Assembly (NCBI RefSeq): GCF_018350175.1
Contig: NC_058368.1
Span: forward strand, 210,678,001 to 210,738,000
DNA: 60,000 nt
Direction: 5' to 3'
Origin: Felis catus
Lineage: Eukaryota
In this document: one piece after another, positions 37,210 to 50,510 of the stretch
Numbering within the stretch: the stretch's first letter is position 1
Layout of the letters: the number at the start of each line of letters is the position of its first letter
Notes under the pieces: generated by a model
What the model was told of the DNA's origin: nothing
The model's database searches: none
Seen by the model: only the letters and a program-made list of their open reading frames with translations
Position numbers and translations under genes: made by a program

Positions 37210-38799
37210 TAAAGTCCATAAGAAAATGGTACAATTTTCAATAAATGTTCTAACGTCATGACTTACTATATTTACAATTTCTAAAGCACTTTCGTATATA
37301 TTATCTCACTGGATCTTTCATCCATTCAAGAGTGGAAAAGTGTGTGGAATGTCTCCCATGTTACAGATAAGGAACTGAAGGCTAAGATAGGCTAGGTAAT
37401 TTCTGTAAAATCACACAACCGAGAGAGGTTAACTTTGTGCTGTATGATGATCTTTGTGCTATATGATGCTTTTTCTAATAATGTAATATTTTACCAAGTC
37501 ATTTTCCCTAGGCAATTCTGATGGGATTTCTAAGATTTGTAAATTACTTATGTAGCTCAATAAGAATAACAATTCTTTTTTTTTCTTGAACTCCTAGATC
37601 TGGTTTCCCACTCTCTGGTGCTTGGTCATTGTAATCTTGCAGTGATCACTATGGTCATTGCCATCATCATCAACAGTGACATCAGGATCATCGGTATAGC
37701 AGCAGACTGTGCTGAGGGCTTTAGTGTCATGTTAGATGTGGGCACGATGCTAGGTGCACAGTACATAAAAAGTTTTAGAACCCAGTTAAGTATTCAGAGA
37801 AACAACTAACGAGATAAAAATGACAAACAATGACATAGATAGTGAAAGCCGAATGCTTGGGGAGACAATATTGCTACAGGGACTGGAAAAGCACATGATC
37901 AGAGAAGGCACGGCCTTCAAATGGGCAGCCAACTAGTCAGGAATCAAAGCAGGAACTAGCTCTGAAGAATTATAGAAAACATACAATTAAGCAAATGGAA
38001 GGAGGAACATATTTTAGGAGACAAAGATGACATTAGCCAAGGCATTGAAATTATTAATGCCAATGAAATATGTAGGAAGCAATATCTAGTTCATTTATGA
38101 GAGGGTTTGATGAGTTGGTTCCAGCAAGATAGGGAGCTCTGAGCCTCTGGGTCAAGGGTTTAGGATTCCATGGTGGCTACCGGAGGTCATCACACTACCC
38201 CATTTTCCTCTTTGATCAATAACAGAAGATCATTTCTGTAGCTTATAAACATCATATGCTTTTTTTTTAAAAAAAATAAATCAATCCTTTTCCTTCATCT
38301 GGATCGTTTTGCCCTTATAAATATAAAGTAGCTATTGAGATACTTGGGGTATCTACCATCTACCATCTTTCTATATGCTTTCTGTTTGTATTGTTTGTTT
38401 CTAAATCTTTTTCTGTTCCTTTTTTTTCTTCTGTTGGATTGAATATTTTAAATTTATTCACTTTTTTTTCCTATATTAGTTTGGAAGTAACACACACTAA
38501 TTCACTTAGTGGCTACTCTATGAATAACACCTTGACTAAAAAATATGACTAAAAATATGTAGACTTTGATAAGTTAACAATTCATGATATAATTCCTGGA
38601 GTAACCATTCGGAGAACAGTAATAGAATGCACTACTTCCAAAAAAGTCAGGGGAAAAAAGCAAGCAAGAAAAAATAAAGGACAAAAATGAGAGGATGAAC
38701 AAAGATATATCATGTAAACAATATTTAAAAGTATAATTTCCAAAAAAGCATTATAAAGAAGATTAACTCCTAGTAAGAAAAGGTTCAGTTCATCAGGCT

Positions 38800-39018
38800 T
38801 TTCTTTTTTTTAATGTTCATTTATTTTTGAGAAAGGGAAGGAGAGAGAGAGAGTGCACACAAGCAGGGAAGGGGCAGAGAGAGAGGGGAGACAGAGGATC
38901 CAAATCAGGCTCTGCACTGACAGCAGAGAGTCCGATATGGGGCTTGAACTCCTGAACCATGAGATCATGATCCAAGCCAAAGTCAGATGCTTAACTGACT
39001 GAGCCGCCCAGGTGCCCC
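38800..39018 (-). mobile_element. CAN-SINE inside an old L1 remnant
   Basis: Reverse-complement consensus ending in gagccgcccaggtgcccc. Confidence 0.9.
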
Positions 39019-39039
39019 AGGCCCAGATAGCTTCTTGAA

Positions 39040-40200
39040 GGCTACTAAACATTTCAAGAGGAAATAATTCCAACTTCCTCAAACTTTTCTAAAGAATAGA
39101 AAGAGAAGAAACATATCCTGACTTGATTTATGAGGCTAGTATTACCTGGATGCTAAAAGTTGACAAGGCTAGAATGAGAAAGAAAGATTATAGAATTTTC
39201 TCACTCATGAACAAAGATTCAAAAATCCTAGGCAAAGTATTAGGAAGCAAATCCAGCAATATGTAAGAACGATGATACTTCATTATAATGTTGGACTTAT
39301 TCCAGGGAGGCAACATAAGTCTAATATTAGAAAATTGATCAATATGATATTTAACATTAATAGAAAACAGAGAAAAGAATCATATGACAATTTCAATATA
39401 TGTGGAAAAAGAATTTGTTAATACATTTATGAAAAAATAAGCTATAAATGAAAAGAAATAAGCTATAAATGAAAAGAAAGTAAGCTATAAATGAAAAGAA
39501 ATTTCCATAATCTAATAAATATTATCTTAAAAAATCTATGGCCAACATTTTTGTAAATTTTGACAAGCTGATTTGAAATTTTATATGGAAAGGCAAGGAG
39601 CCAAGAAGTAACAAAATACTCTGGACAGATGACAAGGTGAGAAGATTTGCTCAGTTAGATAAATAAAGGATATGACAAATAAAGGATTGACAGTTTTCCG
39701 TACAAATATGGAAAAATAGAGCAATGTGACAGAACTAATTTATGATATAAGGTCACCTAATTTATGACAAAGATGATACTGCCATGAAACGGGGAAAGAT
39801 TTTGGCATTACTTACGAAAACTGAAGTATTATGTATAGTATTATCTACTGACATCGAAGCTAGCAAATACTCTTAGATATATATCCAATGGTTGTGTGTG
39901 CATATGTGCAGCAGTGGGCAAGTACTAGAATGTTCATAGCAGGGCTATCCATAATGGCACACACTGGAAGCCCAAATGTGTATTCGTAGCAGATCAGTTA
40001 AATAAACTGGGATAAGTTTATATAATGAAACAATATACAGCAACAAAAATGAATGGACTACAGCTACACTCAATAACATAGAATGAATCTCATAAATAAT
40101 GTTGAGCAAAAGGAAACACAGAGACAAAAAGTAGGAGTCCATGTATGTAAAGCTCAAAAGCAAGGTAAGCTAAATTCTTCTGTTAAGAAATACAGACTAG
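39040..40200 (+). mobile_element. Ancient L1 (L1M-type) ORF2 and 3' remnant
   Basis: Degenerate RT-like sequence (ttttatgaggctagtattacc, ctcactcatgaacaaagat) and L1ME-like 3' end (gaatgaatctcataaataatgttgagc). Confidence 0.7.
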
Positions 40201-41637
40201 GGAGATAAAACTGTTATGAAAATCAAGGCAATGGCTAGCAAAAAGGGAGATGGGGCTTCCGTGTTGTAGGGATGAAGGGGGTTAGGCCTGGGAAGGGGCA
40301 CAAGAAGGACTTGGTAGGTGCCGACCTTTCCCACTTCTACTGTGTGGTGGTTCCACCAGTGTGTACTTCAGGTGCGTTCATCAAGCCATGCAGTTTTAGG
40401 TCGTGCACTTTGCCAAAACTCATATTAAATGTTTTTTATAGAAGAAGCAAGATAATGACAGGAATCTACAATCACTTTTGAGAAGGAGAAACGAAAGAAG
40501 GAACAAAAGGAAGAGAGGGAGAATGGAAAGGAGGCACTGAGGCTGCTGTGAGATAGACCAGAGAAAAGAACCCTCGAGGCAGAGTGGCCAGGAAGGGACT
40601 CGGGGAAAATGCGAGTTGACTCCTGGCTCTGAGACCCTGGGGCAAGCTCCTCTTCTAACTCTTCCACAAAATCTTTTGGAAGGTTGACACTGCCTCTTGT
40701 TTGGATGGGATATTTCAAGAAAACTCAAAGAAGGCTTGGCCCAGAATGAACCACACTGGGCACCCAGGCCTGGAGGATGAAGGAACAGGGGCCATCCAAG
40801 TTAAACTCTGTGTGTACCTTCTTTACAGGGTGAAGCTTCTACTTACATTAAAGTTCTCTGGACACTTTTCCCTTCTCTTCTGATTTGGTACAGGCCCCCT
40901 GCAGGCAACGACTATTATCCCTTTGCCTCCCAGTGAAGCTGGAAAGGACTGGAACTTTGAACTCCTACAGTTCTAGGTTCAAATCTCCTCTTAGACACTT
41001 ACCTGTTAAGTGACCTTGGCAAAATTTTTTAACCTTTCTGGATCCCCATTTTCCCATGATAAAGAGGATAATACCCCATAGGTAACTTATGTTAACCAGA
41101 GGCCTATAGGCCAAATGTGTGTATTACCTGGCTCTGTAAAGTTTTGCAAACTTGATTATTTCTAACATGTTTAAATGAGTAGGCTTCACATACAAAATTT
41201 GAATTTCTGGCTTTTCTTGAAAAATTGGACGATCTGTCCATACTGGGCCTCATCCTTAAATGGCAAAGTTGGTTAGGGTGGAATAGCACACTCTTCTTTA
41301 GGAGTACAATTTCCACTTGGCCACAGTCCCACCCCTCCCTATTGCATTATATTTGATATACGTCGTTGACTTTTCCTGATTGGCCCTTTGGCCTCTGTAC
41401 TTGGAACGTTGGCCCAGCACAGAAAATAAACTACATGTTGGTTTACTCCATTCTTGATCATATATATTTGCTGACTGAATCATTTCAATTCTTATTTCTT
41501 TCAGAAAACAAAACAAAACAGTTCCTGAAGGTATAAAATTATACAACATTGTGTAAATTTTCTACTCAGAGCATACTAGGAATATTGGTACTTAGTGAAT
41601 GGGTTTTGCTGAAAAGGTAGTAACAAGCACTGCTTAC

Positions 41638-41818
41638 CATGTGAGATATTGCTAAAGAAGCTTGCTGCCAGGTGTCCATTAGCAACTTCTCATCTGCCTC
41701 AAAGTTCGACTCAACATTTTCCAGTGAGTAATCAATCTTGCCCTTCAGTATGGTTTTTGTTTTTGTTTTGGACGTAGTTGAATCCGGGGAAACGGATATT
41801 CGAGGAATTAGAGGAATT
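41638..41818 (-). CDS. SPEF2: SPEF2 coding exon (about exon 26): (R)IPLIPRISVSPDSTTSKTKTKTILKGKIDYSLENVESNFEADEKLLMDTWQQASLAISHM
   Basis: Acceptor ttcaaag|a, donor atg|gtaagc; 181 nt, phase 2/0. Confidence 0.93.
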
Positions 41819-44800
41819 CTTTGAAAAACAAGCAAACCAAAAGGAAACATAAATGTTTTATATAACAGAATTCTCTCTTTATGACCATGTTATTTTGGAA
41901 ATCTTGTTGTCTTGCTTTAATCTCAATTTTCAAAGTCGTGCTGGAAGAACTCTTCAAATGAAGACTATAAAAGACTATATTCACATTTTAATAGTCTTAC
42001 TAACAAGAGGAAACTAGAAACAAATAGTAACAAAACATAATTTTTACGTTTATTCTCACGAGGAGGGAAATTAAACAATGGCAATTATGAAGAAGTGCAA
42101 TTTTGAAATTTAGCCAGGGCATAAACTTCTAACAAGGAACAAATCAGTCATGGAAAAGCAAACCAAATAAAACTGGGCATCACTCCTTCAAGATGACTAG
42201 TATCATTTGGCTTCTTGAAGTGGAAAATTAAAAATCAGGATACGAAAGATGTGAGGTCTGCAAGGGGGAATCCCATGGAGGCAACAAGGTTTTGATAGTG
42301 GGTGGGACAGATATCCAACAAACCTCCCTAGTTTAGAGTAGGGATAATGATGGCCTCCTTTGATTTGTAAAATGCTTTGGGAACACGAAGTTAAGCTCTC
42401 CCTTCTTTCAGCCGTATTGCTGCCCCTTTGTAGAAATTTTAGAGCTGCCTCTGGGAACATTCTCTCCCGAAGGACTCCCAAATCTCAAAGGTTAAGAGAA
42501 GCAGGTAGAGATCCCCAAAGCAGAATGCTTATTATGACTGGGATCCACCCTGGTGATACAAAGTGCAAAGAGCCCTCAGCTTGGGCACAGAATGGGGGTG
42601 GGGAGAGAAGCTCCAGCTCTGGCTTTGCTGAAACCTGAGGAGTCAGGAGCCATAATAGGAACAAGCATTTGGTTTGGCAGACTCAAACTGCTGGGGAATA
42701 GATTGTTGATCCAGAAGGCTGATTGGGAACTCCATCAAACAATTAGCTTGGTCTAGTTTTGAAGCATTAGATGTGGTTTCTTGAACTTGGCTCTTTGATT
42801 CTTATAGTACTTGGAGGGGGTGTGCTAAGGTGCTTCAATGCCGCATACATCTACCCACAGGACAATTTACATTTTAACAATCAAGTAATGCTAAATCTGT
42901 CACTGAAACACTGAAATTCATGTGTCTAACAAGTTAAGGTAAAATTTGTGTGATCATCTCTAAATGTTTAATATAGTCCAACAAGCATTTCCTAACACCG
43001 TGCTTTGGAGGACAGCAGTGGTGGCATATCATTTAGAAATAAAATTTGGGGTTAGAATTCATTTACTGGAAAAAATTCTGGCCTAGCTATAGTTCTGTCA
43101 CTATCAATAGATACAAACTGGGGCTCCTTTCTGAAGTTCCTTCCCTTGAATAATACAAACATAAGACTACTACTATTACTGTTGTTACTAATTCTTAGCA
43201 ACCACTAATTATTAGTTATTCATCAATTATTATTTACTATTATGTTGTTGTTGTTACAGGAATAAAATAGACAGCTATGTGAAAATGCTTGACAGTGTGC
43301 TTGCTTCCCTTATATATGTTAAAGAGACTGTAGCTGATTGGTTGATTGGTTGATACATTGATCGAGAGTTTTAGTAGATACTCAAAGCAGTGATTTGAGG
43401 TTGAGATTGGTGCACAGTTGTTTTGCAGAAAATAAGAACGGCCTGTTCTTTTGCCTGTTTTATTCTGCTAACCAACTTTAATAGCTTCCCCAATATGCCT
43501 AACTTGCTATTTTGTGCTAAGAACAGAATGCACTGCTACCGTAGACATTGGAACTTGGCCTCTTTAAATGGTTCTGATGGTTCATATTGCCTGCGGAATT
43601 TTTTATTATTGGCTTTTCAAAGTTCTCTTTCAGCAGCTTGCTGAGTTACACATTTCTCTTGTATTTGTACCAAGAAGTAGGTACAAACTTTCCTTCTTGT
43701 ATTTTCCTGCTTACACGTGGGCATGATTGGGACACAGTGGGATTAGATGCAGGAAATCTAGAGAGAAGAAATGGGTCTCAGATCTTATGTATAACCATAT
43801 TGTGTTCAGGTCATTTCAAATCCTTCTTGGTACATGGGATGATAAAACAAAGCAAGGACATGCAACACTTATCATTAAAATAGTGCATGTAAGTTATTGT
43901 TATAACATTCAATAATAATAGTCACCACTTATTGAGATTATTGAGACTAGATCTCAAGTCTTCTGATTCCCTAACATGGTCCTCAGTGCTTTGAAGATTT
44001 CATTTTCTGTAATGTTCACAACAGCCTTACTTTATAGATAAGGAAACCAAGGCTTAAGAGAGTTGGGGTGACTTTTCCCCCAAAATAAATTATTTTAATT
44101 TACTCACATACACCTAGTAAGTAACAGACCCAGGACTGAAACCAGATCTGTCTGTCTTCAAAACATATTCACTATTCCATATTTAATCTGTGCGACATGT
44201 ACCTGCATTGACTTGAGAAAGCTTATAAAGTACACATAGTACTTTCCAGCTACAATACATATCATATCTTTGGAGATCTAAATTTAATGTTCAGCATGTG
44301 TATTATTCTTAAAATCTAACTTCTTTTTTTTTCCCCTCTTCGTATTTATTGATTCTTATTTTCTCATGACCTCCTTACGGGTCATGAGAAAATATTACTT
44401 TAATTCTTAATGCTATTTTATTAGCTTATGTTAATTAATCATTTAATTTTAAGGATTTTTAATTTTATGTTTGTTACCTTAATTTATTTTAATTCTTACC
44501 TTTTGCACATTTAACGTTTTACAGTTGAGACCCACATCATAGGAATTGCTACTACTCCCACTCCCTATTTCTTAAAAACATTTTTTTCTATTTGCTCATA
44601 GCTTCTCTGGGTTTGGGATCTTGCCCTTCCCCTGCCCCCACCCATTGGGCCTATAAAAGCAATGATTTACAAACTTTTGTATTGCATGGGAGTGTTTGAA
44701 AATATAATTCTTTATTCTCTTGCTCTGGCAGGAATCTGATGTTAGACTATTGACAAGTCTTTCAGTCTCATGAAGTCATGATCACATATGACTGAACCTT

Positions 44801-44865
44801 CACTGTTTCTCAATTATGTTTACCTGTAAAAGAAGACTCATAACCTCTTCCATTTTCATTTACAT

Positions 44866-44868
<3 letters not shown>

Positions 44869-44909
<41 letters not shown>
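44869..44909. repeat. (CA)n microsatellite
   Basis: Read directly from the sequence. Confidence 0.95.
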
Positions 44910-44911
<2 letters not shown>

Positions 44912-45181
44912 GCTTGGAACCTTTCATAAAAGTGGTAGAGATTCATGATTCCTTATTGAAAACCCTTGGACCAAAAGTTTTCCAGAATTGAAACTTTATA
45001 TATACTATCCCCAGCAGACTCCATTGGAAGCACTTCATAATAAAATGCACTATACTTCTGCAGCAAAGTGAGTAAATAGTCACCATAATTTGGATAATAA
45101 TGCATATCAGTAGTCTTAAGTTGAAGTTAGAAAATTTTTCACTTTTTAGAGCTTTTTTGGATTTTTGATGTGCAGATACAG

Positions 45182-45183
<2 letters not shown>

Positions 45184-45224
<41 letters not shown>
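45184..45224. repeat. (TG)n microsatellite
   Basis: Read directly from the sequence. Confidence 0.95.
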
Positions 45225-45228
<4 letters not shown>

Positions 45229-45429
45229 AATGTTTATTTATTTTTGAGAGAGACAGAGACAGAGTGTGAGCAGGGGAGGGGAAGAGAGAAAGGGAGACAG
45301 AATCCGGAACAGGCTCCAGGCTCTGAGCTGTCAGCACAGAGCCCGACACGGGGCTTGAACCCACAAATCGTGAGATCATGACCTGAGCCGAAGTCAGACG
45401 CTTAACCAACTGAGCCACCCAGGCACCCA
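45225..45429 (-). mobile_element. CAN-SINE next to a (TG)n microsatellite
   Basis: Reverse-complement consensus. Confidence 0.92.
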
Positions 45430-45518
45430 GGAGTGTGGTTTTTATTAGCAGTATTCAACTTAAAATCACAAATTTTTAATTCAAACCAAGTATAGTGGAA
45501 CACGATAGCCTGCCTTAC

Positions 45519-45670
45519 CTATGTTGGCTTTCTGAAATGTCTCTTCTATCCACTTGGATCAATGGGACTCGAGTAAATCTCTTATTGTCGTCGATTGGGA
45601 TTTTGCCTTCCATTCCCCTGTAATAATCTTGAAGGAATCTCTTTGTATCTTCGAAACGGTTCAATTCTGC
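45519..45670 (-). CDS. SPEF2: SPEF2 coding exon (about exon 25): AELNRFEDTKRFLQDYYRGMEGKIPIDDNKRFTRVPLIQVDRRDISESQH(R)
   Basis: Acceptor ttaaag|gca, donor ag|gtaagg; 152 nt, phase 0/2. Confidence 0.93.
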
Positions 45671-47278
45671 CTTTAATAGCAAAATGACTGTCAATACCCA
45701 AGAATGAGCAAGCTGATCTGTACATATTTCCCATCTAAGTTCTGTAAGCATTATTTTAAAATATTTCAGTTGAAATCAATTTTCTGGAAATTAAGAAAGA
45801 GAATTAGCTATAAGTGTATATCTAAAATGTCATAAAAATTAAAGATAATTGGTGACTTTGTGCTCTCTGTACTCATTGAGTATAATTCCACTTAAGAAGA
45901 TGGCATTTCTATGCCTCTTGATATTGTGACAAAAGATTACAGTATGTATGATGCCTGAAGTAGTGTATATTATGCATTATTTTGACATTAAGAATTCCTG
46001 TGTCCTGTATATTCAACCAACCGATACATTAACAAATACGTGAGTGTCTTCTACCAGAGGTAACAAATTAGTTGATTTGAGAGATGCCAAAAATAGGATA
46101 AATACATACACAGATGCAGATACAAAAACAAAAAATTGAAGTACAAAATAAGAGACTAGGTTTTGGTCCTCTAGGACTATGAAACATAGTTGTGGAGAAA
46201 TGACATGGGAAGGCAAAGTGGTAACAGATAGTTCTCTCTTCACAGTTTCTGTTCTTGCTCAATAGGTGTAGAATATGAGATCATTCCTCCAGGCTCACAG
46301 CAAAACCCATCTGTTGACTTTGCCAGTATTGCCTTGAGCAAAATGGAGAACACAGAGGAGTTGGTGATAAGTCGAGCATGAGTTATTCACAAGGGACTCC
46401 CGGCCAGCCAAGCCATTTCCCTATGCAGTAATGAGGAAATGCATGTATAGTGAGTGCCAAACACACAAATGTAGACCATGAGTTTTTCAGCCCATTCTCC
46501 CATTAGGTCTCAGAGAAGTTGGCATGTTCACACTGCTCTTTGGTAGTATAAACATGACATCCAGACTTTGCTTTGATTAGTAGGGCTACTTAAACCAGTA
46601 CCTGAGGGCTTAAAGATCTTCTGCAGAAGTATTCCATGATACATAGTTAATTATAGAAAGCATCTTTGCCAAAAAGAACAAAAATGACCTAGTGTTCAAA
46701 GCCCTTAGCTGAACCTAACCCAAGGATACTCATGAATATTTGTCAAGCAATTAATGTTGCCATTTATTTCTTAAAACATTAAGACATAGTCTTGTACTGA
46801 CTGCCACATTCACAGTTTAGAATAAATAAAGGCTTTCACACTGTAGTCTACAACAGAAGACAAAACCAGTTTCAATAGATTTGTTTTTGATACAAAAAAG
46901 GGTAAGCCAAAGTGCTCCTGAAAGGTGTCTTGCACATTATTAAACTTTTCCAGGCAAATGACTGAAACAGGAAGATGTTCACTTGGTTAAACTGAGTCTA
47001 TATTATAAAACAAAATTGCCATTCATATATTGTTTTAAATTATCGAGCATGTTTTAAATATTTGGATTTTAAATATAAATGTACATTGAACTTTTCGAAC
47101 TAGTATTTTGAAATTATTAAGAAAACTAAATATTTTTCTTTTCTTGCATAGCAACCAAATTAAGTTTTAAAATATTCATATATGGACAAATCTCACAGTG
47201 TGATAATAAGTGTTTGCATTTGTCATGCTGAGACACAGAATCCTAGTTTTGAAGAGAATGTTAGAAAATCATCTAGCA

Positions 47279-47590
47279 CAGCATTTTCTAAAATTTATTG
47301 TGTAGAAAACTTGTCCTGTAGGCTGTTAATGAGTACCCTGCCAGAGATAAAAACAAACAAAAACTTTACAATGTCGAATAGTTTCAGAAATGCTGGGTTG
47401 ACTTATCAAAAAGTTTCTTTATGGCAGGCCATCATGGTGTCCTAATATGTCAATATACTTGTCCATCTCCCAGGGGAGAGAGAAGGGTAGAGTATTTTGT
47501 ACTTCCCAATCTCATTTGATTGCTGAGTCCTTTTTCTGTGAACCATTGTGTAAAACTAGTGTTCCATGGAACCCACTTTGGGAAATGCTC
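47279..47590. mobile_element. hAT-Charlie family MITE (MER5-like)
   Basis: Imperfect TIRs cagcattttctaaa / tttgggaaatgctc; 8-bp TSD atctagca / atctagct, matching the Charlie target preference. Confidence 0.7.
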
Positions 47591-47929
47591 ATCTAGCTGT
47601 TTGTTACTCAGTACTGCAGGCCCCTGAAGACTTCACAAGGATTCTTTCCCCTAGCGCTCCATAAACATGTGCAAACTTCTGCTTATGAGTTTCCTTGTCC
47701 AGCAGCTCAGTTGCTTCCAAAGTCTGTTATTTGACAGACAGTTCTAATCGTTAGGTTCTTTCTTCATTTATCAAACTGACATCCACTTCCTGAGAATTCC
47801 ATCTTTGGTTTTTATAAGAATCCTATTGATCCAGTGCAGAATGAGTTTCCTTGCTATTCCATGTAGCAGGCCTTCAACTATCTGAGCAGTGTTGATGATA
47901 CAACGGTGATTAGGAGCACTGGTTTGGGA

Positions 47930-48120
47930 GTTAGGCTTCCTCAGTCCCAATCCCTGCTCTCTCACTTACTGATTGTGTGCCATCGGGCAAATCATTCCAC
48001 TTATGTCTGCCTCAGTTTCCTCATCTGTCAAATGAGGATTATAACAGAAGCTACAGCATAGGGTTGTTGGGAAGGTTTCACGTAACCTATGTGAAAGTCC
48101 ATAGAGCAGTGCTTGGCACG
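47930..48120 (+). mobile_element. MIR
   Basis: Core motif gggcaaatcattccacttatgtctgcctcagtttcctcatctgtcaaatgagga. Confidence 0.75.
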
Positions 48121-48695
48121 TATGGAGGAAAGAGTAAGGAATTAATAAATAGCAGCTTTTATTTAGTGTCCTTTCCTTTATCTTCTTTCCTCCTAGTTCG
48201 CTTTAGAAGTGGATTCGGCTTCTCAGGACGAGATCCTTAAATCTAGGTATTGCTGAGAGGTAAGTCATGCCATTCCCACAAGAGGCAGTACTGCTGGGAC
48301 TAATGAGAAATGATTCACAAAGATTCTCTATTCGCTTTGCCACTGGATTTCAGTTATTTCCGCCACAAGCTTCTGATGCACCGTTCTAACAGCCAGTCTC
48401 TGCTTGCCTAAACTCGTGCTTAAGGAATGCTACCTGAGGTGGCATAGGCTGCCTGGGTGGATCAGGCTGCTTAGGTGGCTCATTGTAATCCTTTATACAA
48501 CCCATGCCTGGATCCCAGAGCTATAGTCAGTGAGGCTGCTCCTGCACCTCAGGTTTCTGCTGACTTTTCAGGCCTCCTGTGGTCCAAGCTGCCCATGCAT
48601 CATGGGCTTGTCCCTCTGAAGGTTGGAAGTATCAGCATTCGCAGTCATTAGTTGAATGAGCATGTATTAAACACCTACTGTGTGCTAGCTCAGAC

Positions 48696-49362
48696 TGTCA
48701 GCTAAATATTCTCCTCTCCTATAATACCTTCTCATGTAAGTCAGTCAGTTGAAGACTAAAAATGTATCCTTTTCCATTCTCTACCATCACTGCTATTCTC
48801 TTAGGAAAGAGTACTTAGGTAGACACAACTTGACCAAGACAACCTTCCTATGCCCCTCAGCTTGGCTAGACTGTACAGTCTTCTTCCTAAGTCTTGACTC
48901 CTGACATCCCTTTTCTTATTTACTCTAGAAAACTTATTGTAAATCTTTGCTCTGTCCATTTGAGGTATAAATCTTTTCAAAAGCTTCTTGCCAGTTTTAG
49001 AACTTAAAACTGTCTTTACTAAGTATCTGGGCACCATCCCTTTGAAATGTTAGGCATCAAGGAAGATAGCGCCTCTCTCTGCCAGTTCGTCTGGCAGTGG
49101 AGGAGCCTTGTTCCCAGTGGTAAAAGTACCTTCTGTAGCGAAGGTAGGAGAAAGCTTACTTTTCCTTTAGGCAAGGCCAATCAGCAAGTACAGATGGGTT
49201 CTGTACTAAGGACTACACTCCAGCTCTCCAACTCTCTCTAGCTCTTCCTCTTGGCAATGCTGGGTATCCAGACTTGGTGTGTGCTCTCTCCTATTGTTGA
49301 CAATAGTCTTGGAAAAAGAGCAAAGCCTAACTTCTTGTCTGGTGCAATATTTTTATTTAACA
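48696..49362 (+). mobile_element. Probable ERV1-type solo LTR (MER34/39-like)
   Basis: TG...CA ends and LTR-like 3' end (gtcttgg..tgtctggtgcaatatttttatttaaca). No clear TSD, so boundaries are uncertain. Confidence 0.45.
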
Positions 49363-49819
49363 GGCTGCAAATATAAGTTAATGAGGTTGTTCTGGTGAAC
49401 GGTATTTTTTTTTTTCAATCCTGACATAAAACTTTTTTCTGGAATCGAATGCCTGCTCATGTTGACTTAGCCCATGCTCTCTGGCAGGGCTGCTTTCCTG
49501 GGCTTCTGCTGGCCACTCTGGGTGTCCCAGAGGCTGACAAGGTAACAACCAGTATAGACACTACCTCTCCTGCCACTCTCCACTGTTCTAAGCTGGTCAG
49601 TGGTTGCTTTGGATGCTCCCAGTTCTGGTGCTTGTTTGGCCCAGGACCCAAATGATTTATTTCAGCTAACTTCTTCAGCAAGTTGGAGCTCAGGCCAGGC
49701 AGAGTGCTGTGAGTAAAGTGAGCCTGAATGGGCCCCTCATGCTTCCAAAGGAACTGTAAAGGAAGGGACAGGACATAGCTGGGGAGGCGAGAGTCTGTGT
49801 CGTTGACAGCCGCTCTTAC

Positions 49820-49957
49820 CTGCATCAGTGAGAAGAAATGGTTCATCGTGATTCCGATGGTGTCCTGCAACCAGCTCTCATTAATGATATCCTGACGCTC
49901 CTGATCTGCCTCTTCCTTCCGGGCATCACAGATGTCCCACAGGCGGTCTCGTAAATC
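49820..49957 (-). CDS. SPEF2: SPEF2 coding exon (about exon 24): DLRDRLWDICDARKEEADQERQDIINESWLQDTIGITMNHFFSLMQ
   Basis: Acceptor ctcag|gat, donor cag|gtaag; 138 nt, phase 0/0; SPEF2-like peptide. Confidence 0.94.
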
Positions 49958-50460
49958 CTGAGCAGAAAGAGACATCGCTGTTATGGTTTAGGATCATGGC
50001 TCAAATCACCTCAGTGTAATAAAACTGGAATCCTTTGCCTGTCTTAAAAATATCTCCAAAGAAGATTGGACCTAATGCACTCATGTATTTTATTTCTTCA
50101 TTCAACAACTTTTTATTTTGCTTCTACCCTATGCCAGGCCTTTCCTTTGTAAGACCAGCTCACCAAATCATATGCCCACATCAAGCACAAACCCACTACA
50201 ATTCACTTTAGTCATGGGTGGCTATGTGTTATGTAGTATTCCAATCCTTTCACAGGAAATTTTCTTAGTTGAAAAAGTCCTTTCAGGGAATTTGGGGGGA
50301 AATGACGAATTGTCGGTGGAAGAAATATGCAGCCATATTTAATCCAAGGGCACGGGCTCATTCGTTAATCATGAGTGCGGCATGTCATTCACCAAGAACT
50401 GCTGTCTGAGCTTAATAGGATTGTTCAAATCTAAGCTTTTCACTAAAGAGCTAGCAGTAA

Positions 50461-50510
50461 AATAACTAACTAACTAACTAACTAAATAAATAAATAAATA
50501 AATAAATAAA
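50461..50510. repeat. Compound (TAAC)n(TAAA)n microsatellite
   Basis: Read directly from the sequence. Confidence 0.85.

Noticed and set aside
39437..39500. Three tandem copies of an approximately 21-nt unit (taagctataaatgaaaaga)
   Set aside because: A local slippage duplication in an old L1; there are no spacers, so it is not CRISPR-like.
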